From positions 283,800 to 347,799 of the forward strand of contig CBDVDR010000001.1 in assembly GCA_965372795.1 (NCBI GenBank): DNA of 64,000 bases, given 5' to 3'. Below, in pieces: positions 30,685 to 40,828 of the stretch (its first letter is position 1; the number at the start of each line of letters is the position of its first letter). The DNA is from an uncultured bacterium. GTDB taxonomy: Bacteria; Zixibacteria; MSB-5A5; GN15; FEB-12. A program made the translations under genes and the position numbers. Under the pieces are notes generated by a model, which had not been told where the DNA came from, ran no database searches, and worked only from the letters and a program-made list of their open reading frames with translations.

Positions 30685-32718
30685 CTACTTTGTCATAGAA
30701 TTATATTCAATATCATACGAAGGCGGGTCTCCACCCTCACCCTTCAAATAATGTTCCATCCATCTCAACATCCGTAAATTATAATCATATCTCGATGAAG
30801 CTTTACTGCTTCCATGACCTTCTCCCGGATATAAAACCAACCGCACCGGTGCTTTGCCGACTGTTTTTAAATAGCGATATAGTTCCATTGATTGACTTGG
30901 ATGAACTCTGGGATCATTCTTGCCATGCATAATCAAAATCGGGGTGTTAGCCTGTTGTGAGTAATAGATTGGGCTGCGTTCTAAAAACCATTGCCAATAG
31001 TCCCAGGGCCAGCGTCGGGCATGAACATCATACATCTCAATAGGAATATCAGTTGTACCAAATTTTGAAATTAAATCACTGACCCCTACTCCCATAACAG
31101 ATGCCGCAAAATGTTCAGTCAGGGCTGTTGCTGCCCAAGCCGAGGCATAACCACCATAAGAACGTCCGGTAATACCAACTTTGGAACGTTCCACCAGACC
31201 AATCTCCACCAGATGATCAATAGCGTCGACCAGATCATTAAATTCACCTCCGGCATAGTCAGCCTGTCCCATTTTTGAAAATTCAACTCCCCGACCGGTA
31301 CTCCCGCGATAATTAGGATAGAAAACAACAAAATCTTTGGCAGCGGCTATCTGTCCGGGACCGGAATACCAGGTCAACCAGCCATTTCTACGATGAGCTT
31401 CAGGACCGCCATGCACCGACATTATCAGAGGATACTTTTTGCCTTGTTTATAATTCAAGGGATAAATTAACAATCCTTCAAGCTCTAATCCATCACGTGC
31501 TTTATATTTTAAAACCTCTTGTTTGGCTAACTTGGTATTACTTAACCAGGGGTTGTTGTCCGTAACTTTTTTAACATCTTGTTCAACAATAAATAGTTCG
31601 TTGGGGTGGTAAGGTGAATTTGCAACAAAACAGAATTTATTAGTTTCAATCGAATATTTAAAATCACGATATATAATATCGGTTCTTTCAAACATCGTTT
31701 TCATATTTTTAGTAACCGGATTGAACACGCCAAATGAGGTTCCTACGCCTATATCAGCGAGGAAATATATAAGCTCAGATTTTACCCATAATATATTTTT
31801 CATATGTCCCTCAAATTCATTTATTACAAATTCGAGGTTTTCTGAATCTATTTTCCCGATTGATAATCTGCCTGAGGCAGGATCGTTTTTATCAGCAGAA
31901 CTTATTACAGCCACCGACTTACTATCCGGCGACCAGACAATGGAACCGACTTTGCCTTCACTTTTAAATTGAGTCTTAATTGATTTGGATTTAACATCAA
32001 CAATCGTTACTCGTTTAGACACATAACGATCATCAACTAACGGCGTTGGCGTCAGAGCTATGGACAAATAGTTTCCATCCGGGCTCCATTTCAAAGTATA
32101 GGCAGAGCCATCAAGATCAAATTTTTCGTACGATTTATTTTTTAAATCATATAACCAAATCTGTCTTTGCTGCCATCCTTCTTCATAAACCTCTTGTTTA
32201 AATCCTTTATCTTTAATCTCGGTTGATTTTGTATCGGTTGAATCTTTAGCAATAAATGCAATTTGATTCCCGGAGGGTGACCACTCATATTCAGAAATTT
32301 CAGTAGTAAATTCTATTATTTTTTGAGATTCTCCCCCGTCAATCGGAATTTTATATAATGATTTTTGCTTATCATCATTTCGCTTTGAAAGGTAGGAAAT
32401 AAAATTGCCATCTGGAGAAAATTTGATTGATGATATTGAAACTTCACCGGTAATATATGGATAGGATTTCTTGTTTTTGTAAACATAAAGCCATTTGTAT
32501 GATGAACCATCTTCTTCATTGAATGGATCTCTCGGGACTGAAACGGTATAGGCAATATTTTCACCATCAGGAGAAATAGCAATTTGAGAAACTTCGCGAA
32601 GGTTAAATAAATCTTCAGAAACCATCCCTCGTTGGTTCTCAGCAAATGTGTTTCCCCATAAAATAACAGAGAGAATAAACAACCCTGAAAATAACAATAA
32701 CGATTTAGTTTTTTTCAT
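30685..32718 (-). CDS. Exported S9 family peptidase (prolyl oligopeptidase/acylaminoacyl peptidase type)
   Basis: Signal peptide, PD40-like propeller, HGGP, GRSYGG nucleophile, ND.RV and GEGHG. Confidence 0.93.
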   Translation of the reverse strand: MKKTKSLLLFSGLFILSVILWGNTFAENQRGMVSEDLFNLREVSQIAISPDGENIAYTVSVPRDPFNEEDGSSYKWLYVYKNKKSYPYITGEVSISSIKFSPDGNFISYLSKRNDDKQKSLYKIPIDGGESQKIIEFTTEISEYEWSPSGNQIAFIAKDSTDTKSTEIKDKGFKQEVYEEGWQQRQIWLYDLKNKSYEKFDLDGSAYTLKWSPDGNYLSIALTPTPLVDDRYVSKRVTIVDVKSKSIKTQFKSEGKVGSIVWSPDSKSVAVISSADKNDPASGRLSIGKIDSENLEFVINEFEGHMKNILWVKSELIYFLADIGVGTSFGVFNPVTKNMKTMFERTDIIYRDFKYSIETNKFCFVANSPYHPNELFIVEQDVKKVTDNNPWLSNTKLAKQEVLKYKARDGLELEGLLIYPLNYKQGKKYPLIMSVHGGPEAHRRNGWLTWYSGPGQIAAAKDFVVFYPNYRGSTGRGVEFSKMGQADYAGGEFNDLVDAIDHLVEIGLVERSKVGITGRSYGGYASAWAATALTEHFAASVMGVGVSDLISKFGTTDIPIEMYDVHARRWPWDYWQWFLERSPIYYSQQANTPILIMHGKNDPRVHPSQSMELYRYLKTVGKAPVRLVLYPGEGHGSSKASSRYDYNLRMLRWMEHYLKGEGGDPPSYDIEYNSMTK

Positions 32719-32751
32719 AATTTACCCGAACTTAATTTTATGTTAAATATT

Positions 32752-34695
32752 TTAATCTTTTGTTTGTGTCCTTTTATATAAAAGGAATCCTACTCCAGCA
32801 AAAAGAATTATTGAAATTAATTCGCTAACATTATCTGATATTGGTAAATCAAGTCCGATATATTTCCCAAAATTGAATGTATACAACGCTACCCCGACAC
32901 TTAAGAAACCCTCGCCTCCAATCAGACCGGAGCTGAATAAAATACCCTTCTCTTTTCGTTTTGCGAGTTCTTCGGGTTGGTCTTTGTGTTTCTTTTCAAT
33001 AAAATATCTGATTATACCGCCAAAAAATATTGGTGTCATTGATGATACCGGAAGATACAATCCAACTGCAAAGGGTAATGATGGTATCGAACAGAGCTCA
33101 ACAATCATACCCAGAAAAGCACCGGTAAGAACTAAGCCCCACGGGATACCGGTTTCTAAAACCCCATCGATGATCGTTTTGATAAGGGTTGCCTGCGGAG
33201 CCGGCAAATCAACAGATCCGACTTGATAAGTTTTAGCCAGAATAATTACTGCCCCACACACAGCCGCGGCAGAGGTTGTCGCCCCGATAAGTTCACCTAT
33301 CTGTTGTTTATATGGCGTAGCACCGACAAGAAATCCGGTTTTTAAATCCTGGGAAGTGTCTCCGGCAATTGAGGATGCGACGCATACAACAGTACCGATT
33401 GTCAGAGCCGTTACTTTACCGATTAAATCAGTCCAGCCCAGCATAACAAAAATACCACTGACACCTAACAGAGTAACAATAGTCATCCCCGAAGTCGGGT
33501 TTGAGGATACCCCTACCAAACCGACAATTCTTGAAGAAACCGTTACAAAGAAAAAAGCAAACAGAGCAATTGCCGGAGCGGCAACCAGTCTGATAGCTAA
33601 TGAAGTACTCATGCCAATAATTCCCGGAACGAAAGCAAGAATCAACATGATCAAAAACACACCATAAAACACATATTTTAAATTGAGATCTTTATCGGTT
33701 CTTAAAATATTTTTTTCAGTTCCGGTCTCTGATGAAGACTTACCAGAACCAAATTGTTTGCCAATCTCTCTGGTAGTCAGCTTAAAAGATTTAATCATGG
33801 TTGGGATTGATCTGACAATTGTAATAATTCCGCCAAATGCCACTCCGCCGGCACCAACATAGCGAATATAACGAGTCCAAATTTCTGCGGGTGACATCGA
33901 GGAAATTGTTTTAATCGTTTCGGGCCAGATTGGCTGGTTGACATGTTCGCCAATAAATGCCATCAGAGGAATCAACACCAGCCAGGATACTAAACTTCCT
34001 GAAACCATGATCGCCGAGACACGGTAGCCTAAAATATATCCAACCGCCATATATGCCGGAGTGGCAGCAATTCCAAGTTGTGCTTTTTGAATCAGTGGAA
34101 GATCAAAAAATACTTTTGATTTCCAGAGTTTTAGAAATCCAACAAAAAATTTAAATACCAGCCCGACAACCAGACCAAGTAATACATTACCGGCTTTGGC
34201 GCCACCGCTATCACTTGCAATAAGAACTTCCGCACAGGCGGTGCCCTCAGGGTACGGTAGTTTTTCATGTTCCTCTTTGATTAAAAAACGGCGGAGCGGA
34301 ATCATAAACAGAATACCAAGCAAGCCGCCTAACATTGCCAGCATAGTCAGTTGAAATAGCGGTAAATCGACACCCCATAAATAAAGAGCAGGAATTGTAA
34401 AGATTACTCCGGAGGCAAGTGACGAACTCGCTGATCCGACCGTTTGTGCCATGTTGCTTTCGAGGATTGTTCCCTGTCCCCATATTCCATTCATCAGACG
34501 AAAGAACCCCACACTCATGACCGCGACCGGAATTGAAGTTGAAACCGTGATGCCTACTAAAAGCCCCAGATAAGCATTTGCAGCCCCAAATAGAATACCA
34601 AAAAAGATACCTATTAAAACTGATTTTACAGTGAATTCAGCAATGGATTCTTTTGGAGATATATATGGTTTGAATTCAGAGTTGTTATTACTGAT
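32752..34695 (-). CDS. OPT-family oligopeptide transporter; extends 59 codons beyond the listed ORF to an ATC codon
   Basis: In-frame upstream FKPYISP..EFT...FGAANAYLGL..G.TVSTSIP; LPYPEGTACA, SNPTSG and QDLKTG motifs; AGAGGA SD 5 nt before ATC. Confidence 0.88.
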   Translation of the reverse strand: MSNNNSEFKPYISPKESIAEFTVKSVLIGIFFGILFGAANAYLGLLVGITVSTSIPVAVMSVGFFRLMNGIWGQGTILESNMAQTVGSASSSLASGVIFTIPALYLWGVDLPLFQLTMLAMLGGLLGILFMIPLRRFLIKEEHEKLPYPEGTACAEVLIASDSGGAKAGNVLLGLVVGLVFKFFVGFLKLWKSKVFFDLPLIQKAQLGIAATPAYMAVGYILGYRVSAIMVSGSLVSWLVLIPLMAFIGEHVNQPIWPETIKTISSMSPAEIWTRYIRYVGAGGVAFGGIITIVRSIPTMIKSFKLTTREIGKQFGSGKSSSETGTEKNILRTDKDLNLKYVFYGVFLIMLILAFVPGIIGMSTSLAIRLVAAPAIALFAFFFVTVSSRIVGLVGVSSNPTSGMTIVTLLGVSGIFVMLGWTDLIGKVTALTIGTVVCVASSIAGDTSQDLKTGFLVGATPYKQQIGELIGATTSAAAVCGAVIILAKTYQVGSVDLPAPQATLIKTIIDGVLETGIPWGLVLTGAFLGMIVELCSIPSLPFAVGLYLPVSSMTPIFFGGIIRYFIEKKHKDQPEELAKRKEKGILFSSGLIGGEGFLSVGVALYTFNFGKYIGLDLPISDNVSELISIILFAGVGFLLYKRTQTKD

Positions 34696-34773
34696 GAGTT
34701 TCCTCTTTCCCGTTAAAGCCTAATATCTGTTTACAAAGAATAGAAATAAAATATATATAACAAGACTTTTAAA

Positions 34774-36114
34774 CTATGTATAATCTCTGCCATACTTATC
34801 GTATTTGCCATAAAAGATATCATCCCCCCAGACAGAAACTGTTCTTGCAAATGATGATCGCCTGGTTCCCGCTCTGACAATATTGTGAACAAAGGTCGGA
34901 GGATGGCTATAAGGACAAACTTTCATACATAACCCGCAGTCAGTTCCGACAATTCTCCAATAATGCAGACACTGTTCGACATTAAGCAGCCACTTTTCGA
35001 CCCCTCTGACAGACTTTTTCCCATTATGCGCGATAGCCTGAGAGGGGCAATTGTCAGCGCATTTCATACATTTTTCACAAAAATCCTGAACTCCAAAATT
35101 TATCGGTTTGTCAATTATTAATGGTAATTCGGTTGTAATAGCCCCAAGTCTGATTCTGGCACCCTGTTTTGGAGAAATTAAGTAACCCATTCTGCCTAAT
35201 TCGCCCAAGCCGGCTTGGTATGCCAGAGGCGGAAGCATTATTTGATAATTGCTATCAGAAATATGAGCCCTTGCCTGAAATCCAATTGATCGAATATATT
35301 TGGCAATTTCAATCGAAATTTCAGCCCCCTTGAGATATTGAATGGCGGCTTCGGTTGTGATCGGTAAAGTTGGCGCTTTTTCTACCTGATGATATGACAT
35401 TTCAAGAGTAAAGATAATTGCAAATTTATGACTGTTCTCTACCTGTTGTCCCCACGGTTCAGGACCTCGTCCAACATGTGAATAAACATATCGCTGCTCT
35501 AATAGAGCGATGCCTACATCTGAGGCCCCTGAGTCAATAATTTTCTTTTTTATTTCTTTAGTGAAATTTTCAGCTCTGTCTTCTCTTTTTTGTAATGCAA
35601 CTTCCCCGTCAACAGAAGTAGTCATACTGCCGATTTTCTTAAAAATCTCTTTAATTTCTATTGATCCTTTCAGATCATAAAATTTCCCTCCCGGGGATAA
35701 CAGGGCAGGAAGTTCTTTGAGCCTGTCATCGACAGATTTGTAATCGGGGTGCTCGTTATAATATTCAATATATCGTTCTGTACCTGCGTGATAATCTTCG
35801 CGGGCGAAAATTGTATCGCGTTCGTCAATTTTTTGATTCGATTCAACAATTTTAAGATTTATCAAAGAACCAACCGGGGCAAAAAATAAAATCAGAAACA
35901 TTAAAGTTGTGATAATAACAGCGATTAAAATAGTTTGATTAGTGAATAAGAATAGATATATCGCAGCCCAAATTGTGACTGTTATTAATGATGAAGCAAT
36001 ACTGGCGTAGACCGCCCGATTTCGATGTTCATTTACAGAAGCAAATAGAAAACTGATCAGGAATAGAAATAGAGCCAGAAAAATAAAATGTGTGACGAGT
36101 TGAAGGAAAATCAT
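34774..36114 (-). CDS. Reductive dehalogenase-like cobalamin/2x[4Fe-4S] protein with an N-terminal TM anchor
   Basis: AGLGELGRMG..I...G.R.R, FCEKCMKCADNCP and C..YW...DCGLCMKVCP motifs; ~3 N-terminal TM helices. Confidence 0.8.
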   Translation of the reverse strand: MIFLQLVTHFIFLALFLFLISFLFASVNEHRNRAVYASIASSLITVTIWAAIYLFLFTNQTILIAVIITTLMFLILFFAPVGSLINLKIVESNQKIDERDTIFAREDYHAGTERYIEYYNEHPDYKSVDDRLKELPALLSPGGKFYDLKGSIEIKEIFKKIGSMTTSVDGEVALQKREDRAENFTKEIKKKIIDSGASDVGIALLEQRYVYSHVGRGPEPWGQQVENSHKFAIIFTLEMSYHQVEKAPTLPITTEAAIQYLKGAEISIEIAKYIRSIGFQARAHISDSNYQIMLPPLAYQAGLGELGRMGYLISPKQGARIRLGAITTELPLIIDKPINFGVQDFCEKCMKCADNCPSQAIAHNGKKSVRGVEKWLLNVEQCLHYWRIVGTDCGLCMKVCPYSHPPTFVHNIVRAGTRRSSFARTVSVWGDDIFYGKYDKYGRDYT

Positions 36115-36229
36115 TATAACCTTTAATTTTCCTAAAGATACAATAATTAGTTTTATTCAGCAAGAGACAAAAAAAGAGCGACTCAATTAAAGAATCGCTC
36201 TTAATATCATAAATATCTGAGATACCGTT

Positions 36230-37552
36230 TTATAAACCGCTAAATTGTACTTCTTTAAAGTGCAGCGACGGTCTTCTTAAACTCGAATAGATATATGGAT
36301 CATTACCCATTGCAACACAATTTTTCCATAGTTCAATAAGATTTCCGGATATGTTCATTTCATTGACCGGTTTTATAATTTTTCCGTTTTCAATTAACAT
36401 ACCTTGTAAACCCCATGAGAAATCGCCGGTGGTACCGTTGGAGTTTCCACCGATGAAGCTGGTAACAAGAATTCCCTTGGTAACGCTTTTGATCATTTCT
36501 TCTAATGATTGGTCACCATACTCTAAAATTAAATTAGATGTAGAACCACCGTTTGGTTCCATTTCAAGTTTCCGTCCGTAATAACAGTCGATAAGGAATT
36601 CTTTGAGGACTCCTTTTTCAATCAGGGTACGTTTACGTGCAACCATACCTTCACCATCATAATGACGTGAGGCAAGACCACGTTTTATAAACGGATCATC
36701 AATAAGTGTTAATTTATCAGATGCAATTTTTTCGCCCAGTTTTCCATCGAGGAACGAACGTTTCTGTTGAATTGATCTTCCGGTCATCGGACCATAAAAA
36801 GCATAAATGGGGTTTCCGGCGGCACGATTATACACAATCATGTCATAAACACCCGAGTCAACTTTGGTCTGCCCTATTTTGGCTAAGGCTTTATCAACGA
36901 CACCTTTGGCAAGTTCTATCGTTGAAGGCTGATCTTTGAGATACCTGGTGGTGGCATAGTTCCAATCAGAGGGTCGGCCGCCTTCACCATCATCAACCGT
37001 TGCTTCAACTCCTGTTGAAAAACTTGTAGTACGCTTGACGCCTTCAAATCCGTTAGAGTGTACTTTGATTGATTCGCTGTCACTGTCATAATAACCGGCT
37101 GTTGAAGAAATAATCTTATCGCTTTTTGAGGCGGTAAGTTTTTGCAAATCGGCAGCCAATTTTACCCGTTGATCAGCCTGAATATCATCATAGCCGGGAT
37201 CAATTAAATCAAGTTCAATATCTTTGATACCCTGATAATATTTAGGATCAGGTAATTTCCTGAATTGATCTTTTGTGAGATACTTGGTCATATTAACAGC
37301 ATCTTCAACAAATTTTCCCAATGAATCCCGTCTAAGATCATTGGTAGAGTGGCCAGAGAATTTGTTATCAACATACACATCAATATTAAGAGAATTCTGG
37401 GTAGACTCTTTAACTTTATCAAGCTGTCCATCCCGGTATTCAATTTCAACCGCTCTTGAGTTTGAAATATCAACCGCAGCATCGGATGCACCCAGACCTT
37501 TGGCTGTATTAGCAACCCAGTGAGCCAGTTCCAATCTTTCTTTTGTATTCAT
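36230..37552 (-). CDS. TldE/PmbA family protein
   Basis: DDPF...S...DGEG, TGDFS and EMNISGN motifs; no HExxxH; follows tldD. Confidence 0.9.
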   Translation of the reverse strand: MNTKERLELAHWVANTAKGLGASDAAVDISNSRAVEIEYRDGQLDKVKESTQNSLNIDVYVDNKFSGHSTNDLRRDSLGKFVEDAVNMTKYLTKDQFRKLPDPKYYQGIKDIELDLIDPGYDDIQADQRVKLAADLQKLTASKSDKIISSTAGYYDSDSESIKVHSNGFEGVKRTTSFSTGVEATVDDGEGGRPSDWNYATTRYLKDQPSTIELAKGVVDKALAKIGQTKVDSGVYDMIVYNRAAGNPIYAFYGPMTGRSIQQKRSFLDGKLGEKIASDKLTLIDDPFIKRGLASRHYDGEGMVARKRTLIEKGVLKEFLIDCYYGRKLEMEPNGGSTSNLILEYGDQSLEEMIKSVTKGILVTSFIGGNSNGTTGDFSWGLQGMLIENGKIIKPVNEMNISGNLIELWKNCVAMGNDPYIYSSLRRPSLHFKEVQFSGL

Positions 37553-37607
37553 ATTCTAAATTTCCTTGTTTCTATATCTGATTCAACTGCCCGGAAAATC
37601 CGGATTC

Positions 37608-39152
37608 TTATGAAACACCACCTACTGTAATAGATGAAACTTTAATAGTCGGTAATCCCATAGATACCGGGACTCCCTGACCGCCTTTACCGCAGGTCCA
37701 GCCACCTTCAGCCATTTTCATATCGTTGGCTACCATAGTGACTTTGGTAAGAGAATCCGGTCCGTTACCAATTAAGTTTACATCTTTAATCGGCTGTGTG
37801 ATTTTCCCATCTTCGATCAAACTTCCCGATTTTACATAGAAAGTATAATCGCCGGCACCGATATCAACCTGTCCATTGGTAAACTGTTCGACAAAAATAC
37901 CTTTCTTAACACTTTTGATAATCTCTTCAACAGAGTGGGGACCATCAGTCATATAAGTATTACGCATTCTTGGCAGAGGTGCAAATCGGAATGATTGTCT
38001 ACGACCAGAACCGGTTGGTTTGACACTATAATGTTTGGCACTGATACGATCATGCAGATAGCTTTCTAAAATACCATCCCTAACCATATAAGTTTTTTGG
38101 CTGTCCTGAGCTTCATCGTCAACATTGATCGAGCCACGAACATTTTGATTGGTACCATCATCTACAATATTAACAAATTTCTCGGCTACTTTTTTTCCTA
38201 TCATAGTGCTAAAAATAGATTTATCCATACGGTTGAAATCAGCTTCCATCCCATGTCCAATCGCTTCATGGAGAAGAATTCCAGAACTTCCGGCTGCTAA
38301 GACAACCGGCATTTCCCCGGCTTCCGGTTTAACAGCATCAAATAGATTCACAGTGCGTCGCACAGCTTCATAACCGATACGATCCAAAGACTCGGGAGAG
38401 ACAAACTCAATACCGTTTCTACCACATAAATCAAAATAATTTGATTCCCGTTTACCATTCTGTTCAGCAGTACATGAACCGGAAACCCTAATCATGGGCT
38501 GATAATCACAGACCAGCCGACCATCAGAGGTTGCAATCAGAATATAGCAACTGTTATCAGAAATACTGGCAGAGGTTTTGATGACTCTTTTGTCTGATTC
38601 ATGCATCTTTTTATTTATTCGCTGGATAGTAGGAATTCTTTGGTCAATTTTGACATCTTCCCACTTGGTTTTTATCGGATAGTAATCCGGAGTTGGATGA
38701 TATTCCAAAGTTGCAATTGTTCCCGGTGTTGCCGACCGAGCGATATTTGCGGCAGTTAGAGCAGCGGTTTTCATCGCTTTGGCTGTAACTTCTTCGGTAA
38801 ATGAATAGCCGGTCTGGTCACCTTTTACGACTCTTATGCCAACGCCAAAATCTACATTAGTGTAGGCGCGATTAACGGCATCATCTTCCAAAGCTACATA
38901 ACTGCTGATCTTGTGTTGAAAGAATAGATCACAATAATCCCCGCCTTTTTCCATCGCGGCTCTCATTATTTCGCGGATCATGGTTTCATTTACGCCAAAA
39001 TGATCCATATAATCATTTAGTGAGCCTGTGTTTGCGGGAGTTGTAAACGCTGCCAAAGGATTTACCTTAAAAAAGAAAGGGAGACTGGCTAACGCCATCC
39101 CTTTGGCTGTGTTTTTTACAAATTTTCTTCGGGACATTGGAGCCATTATCAT
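37608..39152 (-). CDS. tldD: TldD metalloprotease with a twin-arginine signal peptide
   Basis: LLHEAIGHGMEAD, PRMRNT and CGKGGQ motifs; N-terminal SRRKFVK. Confidence 0.9.
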   Translation of the reverse strand: MIMAPMSRRKFVKNTAKGMALASLPFFFKVNPLAAFTTPANTGSLNDYMDHFGVNETMIREIMRAAMEKGGDYCDLFFQHKISSYVALEDDAVNRAYTNVDFGVGIRVVKGDQTGYSFTEEVTAKAMKTAALTAANIARSATPGTIATLEYHPTPDYYPIKTKWEDVKIDQRIPTIQRINKKMHESDKRVIKTSASISDNSCYILIATSDGRLVCDYQPMIRVSGSCTAEQNGKRESNYFDLCGRNGIEFVSPESLDRIGYEAVRRTVNLFDAVKPEAGEMPVVLAAGSSGILLHEAIGHGMEADFNRMDKSIFSTMIGKKVAEKFVNIVDDGTNQNVRGSINVDDEAQDSQKTYMVRDGILESYLHDRISAKHYSVKPTGSGRRQSFRFAPLPRMRNTYMTDGPHSVEEIIKSVKKGIFVEQFTNGQVDIGAGDYTFYVKSGSLIEDGKITQPIKDVNLIGNGPDSLTKVTMVANDMKMAEGGWTCGKGGQGVPVSMGLPTIKVSSITVGGVS

Positions 39153-39295
39153 TCCTCCATGAAAAATTATAAATATATTTTGATTTATTACTGAAGAACT
39201 TTTGAAAAATTACTGAAATATTCATATACATTAATAAATAAATTTATCAAAAAAGTTAACTTAAATTATCTTATTTATTTCATCACATTGAAAAA

Positions 39296-39541
39296 TTATG
39301 CACGTACAATTTTGAAAAACCCGAAAATTGCTAGACCAATAATGATTAGTGGAAGAAGTGAGGTAAACAAAACTGCTACTATTCCAATGACAGCCCCAAT
39401 AATACCGGCAAAGATACCAATAATTGCACCAAATATCCCGGCAATTAAGCCAAAAATTCCGCCAATCAGGCTCAAACCTGTGGATCCCAAGACAATTAAC
39501 AATGCGATGATTAGTACAATAGCGAATAGAGATTTCAGCAT
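39296..39541 (-). CDS. Small Gly-rich membrane protein (envelope-stress type)
   Basis: Almost entirely hydrophobic with G/A-xxx-G repeats; preceded by a SigW-like promoter. Confidence 0.65.
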   Translation of the reverse strand: MLKSLFAIVLIIALLIVLGSTGLSLIGGIFGLIAGIFGAIIGIFAGIIGAVIGIVAVLFTSLLPLIIIGLAIFGFFKIVRA

Positions 39542-39591
39542 TTTTAAACCTTAGCAGTTTATAAGATTATCATCCTCTCCCATTACTCAAT

Positions 39592-39619
39592 TAGACGAGA
39601 AATAATCAAAATTGTTTCA
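39592..39619 (-). promoter_or_regulatory. SigW/ECF01-like promoter
   Basis: Minus strand TGAAAC-N16-CGTCTA. Confidence 0.6.
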
Positions 39620-39710
39620 TAATTGTATACAAATTATGTCGCATTACTTGATAAACTTTACTCTTTTGAAAATGGAATTCATTTGCAACCATAAGTGGAC
39701 AGAGAAATCC

Positions 39711-39739
39711 TTGACAAAAACCAGTAAATTCAATATATT
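39711..39739 (+). promoter_or_regulatory. Sigma70 promoter
   Basis: TTGACA-N17-TATATT, ~100 nt upstream of 39838. Confidence 0.55.
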
Positions 39740-39837
39740 TAATATGTTACTACAAAATAATTTACATATATCAGCAGGTACTTTTATAGTTCTTTCTTTA
39801 ACGTTTTGACAAATAATTTTCTTTTAAAGGAGTATCA

Positions 39838-40770
39838 ATGTCGCGACGTTTTCATCTTTTAATTATCTCAGTATTTTTCAGTTTGCTATTATTTTCAGCT
39901 GTCTCTGCTCAGGAAAACAATGCCATTAGTATCGAACGGTATCATATGTCAGATCTTGGATGTGAAGTTGAACTATCAATTAATTTGGACAGCATCGTTT
40001 TAGAAGCAGAGTTTGGTGGATTTGATTTATTAATCGGTTATAATGCTTCGATAATTGCTCCTCTTTCAATAACATCAGGTGAATCCCTGGAATTATGCCA
40101 GTGGGAATATTTCACTTACAAATTAGAGTTTGATTCAGATTGTGTTGGCTTCAACTGCCCTACCGGTTTGATTCGAATTATAGCACAAAGCGCTCTTGAT
40201 TTGCAAAACCCTTCTAATCTTTGTGGATTAAATTCATCTGGCGAATTAGCAATATTGAAGTTTGTCATAACGTATAATCGCGATATTTTATGCCAATTTA
40301 TTCCAGTTGGTTTTTATTGGAAAGAATGTGGTAATAATAGTTTTAGAAACTTATCAGATAATATTGCCAATATTTCAAATCAGGTATTTAATGTTAACGA
40401 TCAAAATATCACTTCTGATAATACATTCCCCAGTTGGACAGGTGCATCGTCTGAATGTGTGACAAGTGAAATTAATCGAAACATAAATTTTTATAATGGC
40501 GGGATAGATTTAGCCTGTTATGATGATGTATCAGAACCACCAGGTGACATCAATCGGAATAATATACCTTTTGAAATCGGAGATTATGTTTTATTTGAGA
40601 CATACTTTATTTATGGTCTTTCTGTTTTTTCTATAAACATTGAAAGTCAAATAGCACAAACCGATGTCAATTCTGATGGACTATCCCTTTCAGTGGCTGA
40701 TCTCACTTTTTTGAAAAGAGTAATTGAAGGTGATATAAAACCAATTGGTAATTACTGCAATTGGAAATAA
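39838..40770 (+). CDS. Secreted protein with cohesin-like and dockerin-like domains
   Basis: AAGGAG SD, signal peptide, GGFDLLIGY cohesin-like strand; GDINRN...EIGD and TDVNSDG.LSVADL paired EF-hand-like loops. Confidence 0.65.
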   Translation: MSRRFHLLIISVFFSLLLFSAVSAQENNAISIERYHMSDLGCEVELSINLDSIVLEAEFGGFDLLIGYNASIIAPLSITSGESLELCQWEYFTYKLEFDSDCVGFNCPTGLIRIIAQSALDLQNPSNLCGLNSSGELAILKFVITYNRDILCQFIPVGFYWKECGNNSFRNLSDNIANISNQVFNVNDQNITSDNTFPSWTGASSECVTSEINRNINFYNGGIDLACYDDVSEPPGDINRNNIPFEIGDYVLFETYFIYGLSVFSINIESQIAQTDVNSDGLSLSVADLTFLKRVIEGDIKPIGNYCNWK

Positions 40771-40794
40771 ATTTATTTTCTAATAAAAATATAT

Positions 40795-40828
40795 AACAGA
40801 GCTGATAATTATCAGCTCTGTTTTTTTT
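40795..40828. terminator. Intrinsic terminator between convergent genes
   Basis: AACAGAGCTGAT-AATT-ATCAGCTCTGTT followed by a T tract. Confidence 0.75.
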
